Assembly: GCF_001194135.2 (NCBI RefSeq)
Contig: NC_068987.1
Location: forward strand, 33,631,651-33,685,543
Length of the DNA stretch: 53,893 bases
Source of the DNA: Octopus bimaculoides
Taxonomy: Eukaryota
Reading direction: 5' to 3'
A model generated the notes under the pieces. It was not told the origin of the DNA, did no database searches, and worked only from the letters and a program-made list of their open reading frames with translations. Below, one piece after another: positions 37,122-49,395 of this stretch (position 1 is the first letter of the stretch; each line of letters starts with the position of its first letter). The position numbers were made by a program, and so were the translations under genes.

Positions 37122-37709
37122 ATGGTATTTGGAGTGATCATTAGTGATGGTGAAGTTATAACTCTATTCATCTTCCAACACTGCCTCAGTCTCAACACGG
37201 AAGCCTACATCGCGTGCATAGAGGAGGTAGTGTTGCACTGGGTCAAGAGGCTCGAAGACCCTATGTCTATCAATAAGACTCTCCACCATGTAACACAAGC
37301 AAGAGACCTCAGTCATGGTTGTCAGAAAGTTTGTCCGACTCCCTCCCCCACCCCTAATATATGGACCCTAACACTCCAGACATCAACACCGCTGATTATT
37401 ACGTGCGGGGCGTAGTTGAGCGAAAGACCAGCAAAACTCCTTGAGACAACAAAGATGAACTAAATGCAAGGATTATGGCAGCATTAACAAACTGAAACAA
37501 GGAGACCGTCCAGAAGAATTACAGCAGATTCCAAAGTTTTCTGGAGACCGTGGTTGAAGACATTGGCGATTCTAGTGAATAAATTTACTCTTTAGTATTT
37601 CAAGATATTTTCATGTAATTTTGGTAAATATATCTGTGAAAATAAAATACACTTTTATTCTCATTCTTGTGTTATTTTGTGTTATTTGTGATAGCGATTG
37701 CGCACCCTG
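37122..37709 (+). mobile_element. maT/DD37D-like Tc1/mariner relic, 3' part with right TIR
   Basis: MVFGVIISDGEV...LNTEAYIACIEEVVLHWVK, Q*DSPPCNTS, DYYVRGVVE...KDELNARI; stop at 37580-37582; ends CACCCTG+TA. The DD37D assignment is by motif resemblance only, since frameshifts prevent counting. Confidence 0.8.
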
Positions 37710-39613
37710 TATATATATNNNNNNNNNNNNNNNNNNNNNNNNNNNNNNNNNNNNNNNNNNNNNNNNNNNNNNNNNNNNNNNNNNNNNNNNNNNNNNNNNN
37801 NNNNNNNNNNNNNNNNNNNNNNNNNNNNNNNNNNNNNNNNNNNNNNNNNNNNNNNNNNNNNNNNNNNNNNNNNNNNNNNNNNNNNNNNNNNNNNNNNNNN
37901 NNNNNNNNNNNNNNNNNNNNNNNNNNNNNNNNNNNNNNNNNNNNNNNNNNNNNNNNNNNNNNNNNNNNNNNNNNNNNNNNNNNNNNNNNNNNNNNNNNNN
38001 NNNNNNNNNNNNNNNNNNNNNNNNNNNNNNNNNNNNNNNNNNNNNNNNNNNNNNNNNNNNNNNNNNNNNNNNNNNNNNNNNNNNNNNNNNNNNNNNNNNN
38101 NNNNNNNNNNNNNNNNNNNNNNNNNNNNNNNNNNNNNNNNNNNNNNNNNNNNNNNNNNNNNNNNNNNNNNNNNNNNNNNNNNNNNNNNNNNNNNNNNNNN
38201 NNNNNNNNNNNNNNNNNNNNNNNNNNNNNNNNNNNNNNNNNNNNNNNNNNNNNNNNNNNNNNNNNNNNNNNNNNNNNNNNNNNNNNNNNNNNNNNNNNNN
38301 NNNNNNNNNNNNNNNNNNNNNNNNNNNNNNNNNNNNNNNNNNNNNNNNNNNNNNNNNNNNNNNNNNNNNNNNNNNNNNNNNNNNNNNNNNNNNNNNNNNN
38401 NNNNNNNNNNNNNNNNNNNNNNNNNNNNNNNNNNNNNNNNNNNNNNNNNNNNNNNNNNNNNNNNNNNNNNNNNNNNNNNNNNNNNNNNNNNNNNNNNNNN
38501 NNNNNNNNNNNNNNNNNNNNNNNNNNNNNNNNNNNNNNNNNNNNNNNNNNNNNNNNNNNNNNNTATATATATATGCATATTTAACTTCATATTTTTACGT
38601 TATCTCCATCATCACTTCTCTCAAACACATTTCATACGCATAGGTGTGGAAGTGCAAACAAAGGTAAAACATGATTAGGCAGTCTCATTGCATGCACATT
38701 TTTACACGTAAGCGTATATTTTAATGTGCGCGTCACATGAGTGTGCTTTGGAAATACTGCGTTGCATAATGTTACAGTCATTGTTTAAGAATCTTGCAGA
38801 AGTTGGTATTTGATGTTGTCTATTCTATAACAACTGCCTATGTTAGTCTTAGTCTTTTGTTATATTGTATATCTTAGTGAGAATGCTGAGAAATTCTTGA
38901 TAGTTTGACAGATATAAATATTGCAACTGAAGATGAGTTATCTAAAGTATGACACGATATTTTGTCATGAAAACAGTTATAATATGTAACAAGAAGAATG
39001 TACACACAGTAAAAGATCAAATTTAAAGCACTCACACAAATATAGACAAAAACACACACATACATGCACAGTATTTCTTTCTGTATCTCTCACTCCTCTA
39101 GGAGATATATGTAATCATATGTATGTATGTGTATATANNNNNNNNNNNNNNNNNNNNNNNNNNNNNNNNNNNNNNNNNNNNNNNNNNNNNNNNNNNNNNN
39201 NNNNNNNNNNNNNNNNNNNNNNNNNNNNNNNNNATATATATATATATATATATATACATGTGTGTGTATGTGTGTTTATCTATAAATACAAATATGTGTA
39301 AATACCTGAAAGACACACGCACGTACACGTCCCTGCACACACACGCTTGTGCGCACACACACACACAAATATGAGTATACACGCACTCACTTGCCCATTT
39401 ACACATATGTATGCAGTGACAACTTGTTTCAAAACATAAAGAACTAGTAATTTTGTGATTATGTGATGTTATAGATATTCGATAAACACCTGCTCCAGTG
39501 ACATTTTTGTTCCGAGATAAAGAAGAGTTTTCTGAATACGATGAATATGAATGTATGTGTGTTTTGGCACATATTCTAAAACATTTCCTTTTTCCAAATT
39601 CAAATCGCTGATA

Positions 39614-39931
39614 TCTATATATATAAAAATGAGAATGTGTGTATGTCTGTCTGTCTGTGTGAATCCCTAAAACTCGAGAACTACGCAACCAATTTCATTC
39701 AAATTTTACACATACCTTACTTAGGGTTCCAGTTGTGTTTTAGTCAAAAAAATTGTTTAACTTCTTGCAGAGTTCGAGCCCACGGCAACATAATATCTCC
39801 TCCACTATTTAAGTATTACGTGTCAAAAGTGAAACAAAAACACTCCTGTCAAATACTTTCACTTTAAAAATGAAACTATTCTACTAACTGAAACAATCAC
39901 ATTTCGATACTGTAATGACAGATACTTTCAG

Positions 39932-39962
<31 letters not shown>

Positions 39963-41040
39963 GATGTATATGTATACATATACATATACATGTATANNNN
40001 NNNNNNNNNNNNNNNNNNNNNNNNNNNNNNNNNNNNNNNNNNNNNNNNNNNNNNNNNNNNNNNNNNNNNNNNNNNNNNNNNNNNNNNNNNNNNNNNNNNN
40101 NNNNNNNNNNNNNNNNNNNNNNNNNNNNNNNNNNNNNNNNNNNNNNNNNNNNNNNNNNNNNNNNNNNNNNNNNNNNNNNNNNNNNNNNNNNNNNNNNNNN
40201 NNNNNNNNNNNNNNNNNNNNNNNNNNNNNNNNNNNNNNNNNNNNNNNNNNNNNNNNNNNNNNNNNNNNNNNNNNNNNNNNNNNNNNNNNNNNNNNNNNNN
40301 NNNNNNNNNNNNNNNNNNNNNNNNNNNNNNNNNNNNNNNNNNNNNNNNNNNNNNNNNNNNNNNNNNNNNNNNNNNNNNNNNNNNNNNNNNNNNNNNNNNN
40401 NNNNNNNNNNNNNNNNNNNNNNNNNNNNNNNNNNNNNNNNNNNNNNNNNNNNNNNNNNNNNNNNNNNNNNNNNNNNNNNNNNNNNNNNNNNNNNNNNNNN
40501 NNNNNNNNNNNNNNNNNNNNNNNNNNNNNNNNNNNNNNNNNNNNNNNNNNNNNNNNNNNNNNNNNNNNNNNNNNNNNNNNNNNNNNNNNNNNNNNNNNNN
40601 NNNNNNNNNNNNNNNNNNNNNNNNNNNNNNNNNNNNNNNNNNNNNNNNNNNNNNNNNNNNNNNNNNNNNTTGTAATTCAACGGTACAGATTTCTGCAATG
40701 TGGTGCATAAATTGTCAAGTAAATGAGACGCATCTTTGCCTCCACTGATTCACTTGCAAAGTGTTGAGTAAAATTATTTCGTTGCAGACCTCCTTTTGGT
40801 CTTTTTATTATCACTGCGACACACATAGTCCCCAGTTGGTAACATTGATTTCAAGGCCCTCCTAGATGAGAGACTGGCATTCCACTTAATGTCTATGTTC
40901 CATGCTGGCATGGATTGGAGAGTTATTAATGTAGAAATATGGTATCGTAGCTACTAAGAGTTGAGGGTTGCGTAGTCTAGACGGCGTTTTTAGATTTCAT
41001 TATTCTCTTTAACCCGGGCGAAGCCGGGTATTTCTGCTAG
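39614..41040 (+). mobile_element. Non-autonomous Helitron (spans gap 39997-40670)
   Basis: A|TCTATATATATAAAA 5' end at 39614; subterminal hairpin ACCCGGGC-GAA-GCCGGGT at 41012-41029; 3' CTAG|T at 41037-41041, consistent with insertion in an A|T site. Confidence 0.75.
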
Positions 41041-41701
41041 TATATCTATAGTTTTTGCCTGATTCCCACCATATGCGACGAAGAAATTCGAATGAAATTT
41101 ATATATGCACTTATAGATACGTACATACACACATATACACCATATAGTTTCGCATATATATATATATATATANNNNNNNNNNNNNNNNNNNNNNNNNNNN
41201 NNNNNNNNNNNNNNNNNNNNNNNNNNNNNNNNNNNNNNNNNNNNNNNNNNNNNNNNNNNNNNNNNNNNNNNNNNNNNNNNNNNNNNNNNNNNNNNNNNNN
41301 NNNNNNNNNNNNNNNNNNNNNNNNNNNNNNNNNNNNNNNNNNNNNNNNNNNNNNNNNNNNNNNNNNNNNNNNNNNNNNNNNNNNNNNNNNNNNNNNNNNN
41401 NNNNNNNNNNNNNNNNNNNNNNNNNNNNNNNNNNNNNNNNNNNNNNNNNNNNNNNNNNNNNNNNNNNNNNNNNNNNNNNNNNNNNNNNNNNNNNNNNNNN
41501 NNNNNNNNNNNNNNNNNNNNNNNNNNNNNNNNNNNNNNNNNNNNNNNNNNNNNNNNNNNNNNNNNNNNNNNNNNNNNNNNNNNNNNNNNNNNNNNNNNNN
41601 NNNNNNNNNNNNNNNNNNNNNNNNNNNNNNNNNNNNNNNNNNNNNNNNNNNNNNNNNNNNNNNNNNNNNNNNNNNNNNNNNNNNNNNNNNNNNNNNNNNN
41701 N

Positions 41702-41735
<34 letters not shown>

Positions 41736-43194
41736 GTGTGTATATATGTCTGTGCGTGTGTATGTGTACGCGCGCGCACACACACAGACGCACACTGACG
41801 CATGCACATACCGGAGGCCTGTTAAGGATCAAACGTTAAAAATTACCTTACACGATATTTGATTTGCTTCATTCTCTCAGACATATATACGTAGTAAATT
41901 TTTAAGTGACAGTCTGTAGAATCAAACTATTTTTACCCACATTTAAGAACTGGCTAATATAGTTTTCAACTGGTGCAGTAAAAGTGTGTTAGGAAGAAGC
42001 TTATTCTTTAGATGAGCAATTTTAATCTATAAAACCAAAATATACGAAAATGCGGATTTCCTCGAGAGAAACGTCTCGCATCAGACCGTATGGATTACAA
42101 AGATCTCGCACAGAATCATGTTAGCAGATCGTTAGATACGAGTATCGAAGACTAGATTCTTTCTTCAATAACACAAATCCTTGTCATTCTGAACTTTTGT
42201 TGAAATATTGATCGTAATAAACAAAGCAATAACATCTTCGTGGATAAGTTTACCAGACTTATATCAATATATGCACTTGAAACACCATAGAATTAAAGTA
42301 ATGATGTGCATATATTTGCAATTTATATATATAAAAAAATAAACATCTGCCAGGAATAATATATGGAGAAGTGAATAAAATCGATCATTGCACTTATTCC
42401 TTACTTTTGTAAAAATAAGGGTAAATGTTAAAGTACGAATTTTTGAACCGGTTGAAACTATTCCAATTTTCTTCCCTGTTCTAAAATGTAGTCCTGTGTG
42501 CATGATAACCGATTTTATTGGAAATGGCTTAGTAAATTATGCCTCCTGTTTAACTTTACCTCCTATCACACGGTTTCCATTAGCACAATTTCCTGTCGTG
42601 GGAGTTTGTAACTCTGACCAATATCAGGTCGACGCCCTCTAAACTTTTTTTATTCAGAAAGTATCATTCATCTCACTAGACGATTCTCCGTTGCCTGCTC
42701 TAACATTCCTGACATCAAAGCAAATAGAATGTACAAGTCACCTCTTACTAACAAGCAAAATCACACATCATATTCGTGAGTCATAAGTCTCAGGACTCTT
42801 ATCTACAGTCCACATTTATTGTCTTCAAAATTCACTTTGAATGTGGTCTGCACCTACATAGATTTCACGTTCCATGTCCTAACCTTCCTCAACTAATTAC
42901 GAACCACAAATTTTGGACCACTGAATTTACGTTAGTGAAAACTTGTTGAGAGATCGCGATAACATGCTGCAATGGGGAAAGTGCAAGTACTGTTGAATGT
43001 ATAAAATTATATGCATTCCTTATAAAATTAATAAGACAACATATTCAGTGAACACACAAACAACGTTTGCATACTATTTAGTTACTAGATGTAGCCTTCC
43101 ACGTAGATGTTATGTATTTGATATTCCACTAGGTCAAGTTGTGAGGATGCAAACTATCTATATTTGCTAGTGCCTACATGGATACCCAAAACAA

Positions 43195-43680
43195 GAGTGA
43201 ATGCATTTGCCCTTGCATTGAGTACTGTCGTCACATATGGACAAGTGCTCCTGTAGATTGTTTAACTCTGTTGGACCGCATTCAGTGCCGTATTTATAAT
43301 GCTATTGGTTCTGATCTATCTTCTAAATTGGATTCGTTCTCTCATCGTTGTCGTGTGGCTTCCTTATCTCTTTTCTATAAGTATTTTCATGGTCATAGTT
43401 CAGCTGAGCTCTCTTCACTGGTTCTTCTTTTAAGAACTTATCATCAATCAACTAGACTTGATTCCAGTTCTCATCAGTATCCTGTGCAACCTCCTAAGTG
43501 TTGTAAAGCACTTTACAGAACCAGTTTCTTCCCTCGCATCTCTGAACGTCGGAAGTCCCTTCCACAACATTGTTTTCTTCAATATGACCACCAGTTTTTA
43601 AGTCTTATGTCCATTGTCACCTATTGGCTTCTGTCTAGCGTCTATTTGATTCTAGTAGTCCATACGTTTTCTGTGGTGTA
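43195..43680 (+). mobile_element. 3' fragment of a CR1/Jockey-group LINE ORF2
   Basis: PCIEYCRHIW, LLDRIQ, SHRCRVASLSLFYKYFHG, SFFPR are typical of the post-RT C-terminus of this LINE group. Confidence 0.75.
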
Positions 43681-43983
43681 AATACTTTGTAACGAGCGAA
43701 TGCATTTAGAAGAAAACAAGTTTTGATATTTGCTAAGAGAGATTTTGCGTTTCTAAGCATTATTCCTCAAATGTAAGTATTTTAAACACGTTTTAATCTC
43801 ATCAGTTCTGTTTTTGTTTTTAGAATGATTGCTATAAACAGGCAAAAGTCACCAGCAAAGTGTACATTTTCTCCGTCGAGAAAATAAGATGCAATCTTGA
43901 TATCTATAATATTTCAATTGAAAACCCGCGAAAGCAACTTTATGCGACAAATGGCAATAATTCTTGATTATATTATAAATTAC

Positions 43984-44123
43984 TTTAGTGCTTCTGCTGC
44001 TCCGGTTCCTTTGCTAATGTTGCCAATAGTTATATCCTCAATGGTAAGATTCAATTTCAGAGTACGGTGAGCTGTTTTGCCACTGAAGAAGCCTTGCAGC
44101 AATAATTGAAGAAGTAACTGCCA
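43984..44123 (-). CDS. Candidate internal exon, unidentified
   Basis: tacag| acceptor, 140 nt open (WQLLLQLLLQGFFSGKTAHRTLKLNLTIEDITIGNISKGTGAAEALK), |gtaatt donor. Confidence 0.25.
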
Positions 44124-45104
44124 CTGTAAATTCCTATTATTTCTAACGTGAGCTAAGATTTTGGTGTTCCATTAGGAAAATGATAAACTTTATTTATTTA
44201 TGCAATTTCCCTCTTTCAATTTCTAAAATTTCTCCCTTGTCAAGTTAAAGGCGGTATCGCTGAAATAAATGGTAATCAAAGAACTATGTAGCTACACTTG
44301 ATACTTATACTCTGCTGATAGGCAACAAATATTGGGAGATAATCGTCTACATGCTTTGAGTATGAAACAACTGCTTACTATTGTTACTGTCCATTCCACT
44401 CAACATCATTTAGTAACAGGATTAGCATGAAATATGCTCCTTTGTGATGAGCTAAACGTGACCGTTCTCTGCTCGAAGCCGGTGAGATGATTTTGTTTCT
44501 CCAAGTTCATGTAATAGCATCGTTAATCAGAAATATTGCTACTGACTAGGATGAATAGTATGGACGTATCTGAAAATGTAGTCACATTTAATGTCTACTG
44601 CTAATATAACGAACGTCCTTTACCTTCTTGACAAATTCGTTTTGTTTAGGGTGTAATGCAAAGGGAATTGTGAGCTGCTAAAAATCTTCACCCTCTTTGT
44701 AAGTGCGTTTTTGCTCGATATAAATAATAATATATTTTCGGGTATTCTGCTATTATATTTATAAATTACACAGAGAACAACGTATTTCCTCTTCTGGAGT
44801 AACTACCACAATAGATTACGTCGACACTTCATCTACCTTAAATTTGACCCTTGCACTCCACAGCTAGTAATTCTAGCAAGGTAATCTGTTTTATTTATAT
44901 TTCTCTCGATTTTCCGTGTTATTATTGTTGCTGTTTTCAGATGTATTGCTGCAGCGTTGAGAAATGCTGCTGGTGTTACCATTCCTATTGTGTTTATTCA
45001 TGATACTATTATGTGTAACTGTGATTGTTGTTGGGGGTTGTCGGGGTTGAGGCAGATGCGCAACTATATCATTCCGGCTGCTATTGATTTTAATGATGGA
45101 AGAT

Positions 45105-45108
45105 GATA

Positions 45109-45160
<52 letters not shown>
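45105..45160. repeat. (GAT)n microsatellite
   Basis: Directly visible. Confidence 0.95.
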
Positions 45161-46110
45161 CTGTTAATACAAACAGCGCCAGTATTTCTTGGTATGGTCG
45201 GCAGAGATGGCACCAATTGAATAAAGGAAGGCAGAACAAAGTAGCCGTTGGGTAGCAAATGATGCTGGTTTGCAGAACGCAAATGGTGGATTAAATTTAT
45301 TTTTGACGAATCAATATAGCTTCAAAAGTGACCCTAGAATAATGTTCTATGAATCTTTTGTGGCCTCTGGGATATAATAATATAAAACTAGAATACAAAG
45401 TTTGTAAACTAGTTTGGTTCATAAGGTTATTGCTTTCTTTTCTCAGTTTTCTTTTATATTTTTGTGTTTTGTAATTGTATTTCATATATCTATTTATTCA
45501 CTTGTGTTTCTTTGAAAGTATCGATTTCCTAACAAAAGTCGGCGAATTCCCTGAGAGATTACATAGTTGTTATTTAGCAATTCGGCATTTTGCAGTGGTG
45601 GAGTAAAACGGGTGGAATGTGGTGTTTGTGAGGGAGAAGAAGTGAGGATCGAAATAGCATACACACAAATGGATTCGTGATAGATTTTTAGAAAGAAGAA
45701 AACACAAAAGCAAAAAGAGTAAATATAAATGTATAAAAACAAATAAAAGATTAAGAAAAAAACGAAAAATTGATTTTGCTAAATCTAGAAGAATTATATG
45801 TTGAAATTTATCATCGATACTATACACACAATTGCGCATACATACATATATACACATGCTAGCACAAATCCATAAAAGCATGAATATACAGTTAGAGTTG
45901 CCAAAGTGTGTTCTGTATCGATCAGATTGTGTACTAAGAGCGGTATGTGTATAGCTATTTATCAATCAGCTGTATGCTTTATTTTCACCTCTTCCTTCAA
46001 ATGTTCTTAAGTTTCAACTTAAAGGTTATATATGTGTGCCAGCGCTAATACTGATACAAGCACATACACTTACATACATATATATGTGTTTATATATATA
46101 TATATATATA

Positions 46111-47376
46111 CAGAGGTTAGACAAAATAATGGGAACACCTTAAAATTTCAAACAAATTTATTTTGATATGGAGTAGAACCGCCTTTGGCAGTAATTACAG
46201 CTAGACTTCTACGAGGTATGGACACATACAAATTTTGAATTGTTTCCAAAGGAATTTTTGTCCATTATTCAGCTAATAAAATCTCCAGTTCTTGTAGTGA
46301 TGACAGTGGATGATATCGACTCCTTACTTGTTTTTCTAAAATGCACCATAAATGTTCAATAATATTGAGATCTGGGGACTGTGGTGGCCAGGTAAGATGT
46401 TCAACTTCACTAGAATGTTCCTCGTGCCATTCAGTAACAACTTCAGCTGTGTGAATTGGTGCATTATCATCCTGGAAGATTGCGTTTCCCTCCGGAATCA
46501 GTTCAGCAACCTTAGGATGAATTTGATCAGATAACACGCTTAAATTGTCTTGTCTATTAATTCTGCCATGAAGAGAAACCATTGGATCGGCAGATTTCCA
46601 AGATATAGCTCTCCAGATCATTACGGATCCTCCTCCATGTTTAACAGTTGGAAGAAGGCTGTCTGGGTCAAATGCTTATTTTGGCTGTCTCCACACGTAT
46701 ATTCAGCCGGTGTTCGGAAATAAGGTAAAGGATGACTCGTCCGAGTAAATAACATTCTTCCACTGTTCAAGGGACCAATTCTGTAGGTTTTTATTCCACT
46801 CTAAACGCTTTGCAACGTTTGTTTTTGAAAGCAGTATTTTTCTGATTGCCATCCTCCCGTGAAATCCGGTTTTATGCAGCTCCCGGCGAACAGTTTTTGT
46901 GGAAACTGAGTTCTTGAGGTGGTCATTAAGTTGTGCAGTAATTTCGAGAGCTGTCCTTTTGTGATTCTTTCTAACAATTCGCGGAAGAATTCGACGGTCC
47001 CTACTGAAATTTTTGGATTCCTTCCGGAGTTTTGCTTTGACGAGGAGGTTTTTCCCTCTTTCTCAAAGGCTGTCATTACTTTCGAGACAGTACTTGATAC
47101 ACCAAACATTTCGGCTGTTTTCGTTACACTAGCGGCTACCATAGAAGCACCAACAATTTGACCTCTTTGAATGTTCGATAGATCTGTCATTTTAATGAAT
47201 TTTAATTACCTCCTTTTGATGATATCCGAAAAGAAACAGCATTTTAGCAAAACTTATTAAGTAAAAATAATAATAAATCAAAACCATGAAATAAAGAAGC
47301 TTTTGACAGTTCTATAGATATTTCAACATTATGATGCTATGATGGTAGGTGCGTCTATTATTTTGTCCAACCCCTG
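46111..47376 (-). mobile_element. Full-span Tc1-like DNA transposon with DD36E spacing (Incomer-like); transposase disrupted
   Basis: 29-bp TIRs (23/29 match) at 46111-46139 and 47348-47376, with TA on both flanks. ATG at 47190 gives MTDLSNIQRGQIVG; later YSDESSF, TVKHGGGSVMIW, and D-NAPIH...PDLNII-E with 36 residues between D and E. Confidence 0.93.
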
Positions 47377-47679
47377 TATATAAATACATACACACACATA
47401 CACATAGGCGCGTGGCCTAATGGTTAATATGATGGGGTAGGGGTGATCATAGAGTCGTGGATTCGTTTTCTGTATTGAACGTTGTATTGCATTCTTGAGC
47501 AATATATTTCCTTTCTCTTTGCTGTCACTAAAGACGTATTTGCGGCTTCTATTCAATATAAAATTGTCCTTTTTGTAGCAGGTATGCTTTGAAAATGAAG
47601 CAATATTCGTGACATTTCCTAAACCTCCGAGACCGAAGCACTGATTCAATATTTGATATCAATATGAATGTGCTTTGAA

Positions 47680-47790
47680 AAGGTGGTGAACAGGCAGAAT
47701 TTTTAGCACGCCGAGTGAAACGCTTAGCGGCATTTCCTCCGTCTTTACATTCTCAGTTCAAATTTCTCCAAGGTCGACTTTACCTCCGAT
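47680..47790 (+). mobile_element. SINE family B, 5' half
   Basis: 'ggcagaatttttagcacgccgagtgaaacgcttagcggcatttc...cagttcaaatt...ggtcgactttacct'. Confidence 0.75.
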
Positions 47791-48009
47791 GCTTTTTTCT
47801 GATTGTTATAACCGAATCAAACCTTCCTACGAAAATGCTGAAAGATGGGATTAATAAGAGGTTGCAAACAACGAGTAGCATAGGAGCTTTTACGAGCGCA
47901 CGTGAAGGCATTTGTCGTAAACAAATTGCAAGGATGTGTATGTGTGTGTGTGGGGGGGTTCATATGTGTGTATACGTACATACAAACATACACACGCACA
48001 CATGCACAA

Positions 48010-49073
48010 TTGGCAGCTGAAAAAATCGTACACTAAGATACTACTCTCATGGAATGTAACCCAATGAGATTTATTGATCAACAGCAGATATGAGAGCATC
48101 ATCACTGGTTTCCGGCCATGCGGTTTTTTCATATTTGGGAAGAGATGATTATCAGATGGGGCTAATCCGGATAATAGGAGGGTGATGAAATGCTTCAAAG
48201 CCTCAGTGCCGTACAACAACCATGTAAACCAACAACTTACGCGGTGGAGCATTTTATGATGAATCTACTCCTCTTTCGTAAGTTTTTCTGGGCGTTTGGT
48301 CTTGATAGTCTTTCGTAACTTCCTCACTAAGTTGGTATAGTACTCTCCATTGATGGTGAGACACTTTTGAAGACAGTCAACAAAGACAAAGCCTTTTGCA
48401 TCCCACAAAACTGGTTTTCTTTTTATCTCTGGCTACTAAAATGAGTTAGGAAACTTTTAAGGAATCCAGCTGACTATGCCTGAAACTATGCCAGATTTTC
48501 TCCTCCTATGATCAGCTTGGTGCTCTTTTGATTAGGAGTATCGCCCTCTGAACAGAAACCTTTATTATACCACAGTAATTGTTCAAAATACCCCCAACGC
48601 CATCACGGCATATGCTAATAGCAGTGGCTATTCCATTTACAGTCAATCGCCTGTCATCAGTCAACTCGGAGTGAATGCAACCAAACTCTGTGGTGGCAAT
48701 TGTGGGATGTCCAAATCCTGGGTCATCTCTGAGACTCGCCCTACTCTCCCAAATTCAGTTTCCCACTTTTGCATTGGTACTAAAGCCGGTGCATCATCCC
48801 GTAATGTAGCAACCATAAATGTCATTGGGGGCTAAACCCTTTTGTTGCTGGTTGTTGATAAATTACGATGCCAATTTTTGTCTATTCCCACGAGATAGTA
48901 ACTCGTTACCAGTTACTGTCGGTGTCTTCTTTGAGCAGTCAGTTGTCAGCTTAGCTTGTAAGAAAGAATACGATTATAAATAAGCAATTTTGAAACTAAT
49001 GCATGCAGGACTTCGCAGTTGAAGCATTATTTCCTTTATAGCCAGCGTATGAAAGTTTCAGCCCACCTTCTTG
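48010..49073 (-). mobile_element. Mariner (DD34D-type) relic, frameshifted and internally deleted
   Basis: 5' terminus at 49073 next to TA. Fragments KGLAPNDI, DDRRLTV, WDAKGFVFVDCLQKCLTINGEYY and GLAPSDNHLFPNMKK (cf. YSPDLAPSDY). The 3' TIR is decayed. Confidence 0.85.
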
Positions 49074-49195
<122 letters not shown>

Positions 49196-49347
49196 NNNNN
49201 NNNNNNNNNNNNNNNNNNNNNNNNNNNNNNNNNNNNNNNNNNNNNNNNNNNNNNNNNNNNNNNNNNNNNNNNNNNNNNNNNNNNNNNNNNNNNNNNNNNN
49301 NNNNNNNNNNNNNNNNNNTGGATGTTTTGTGTTCTTGTCCCATTCTG

Positions 49348-49395
<48 letters not shown>

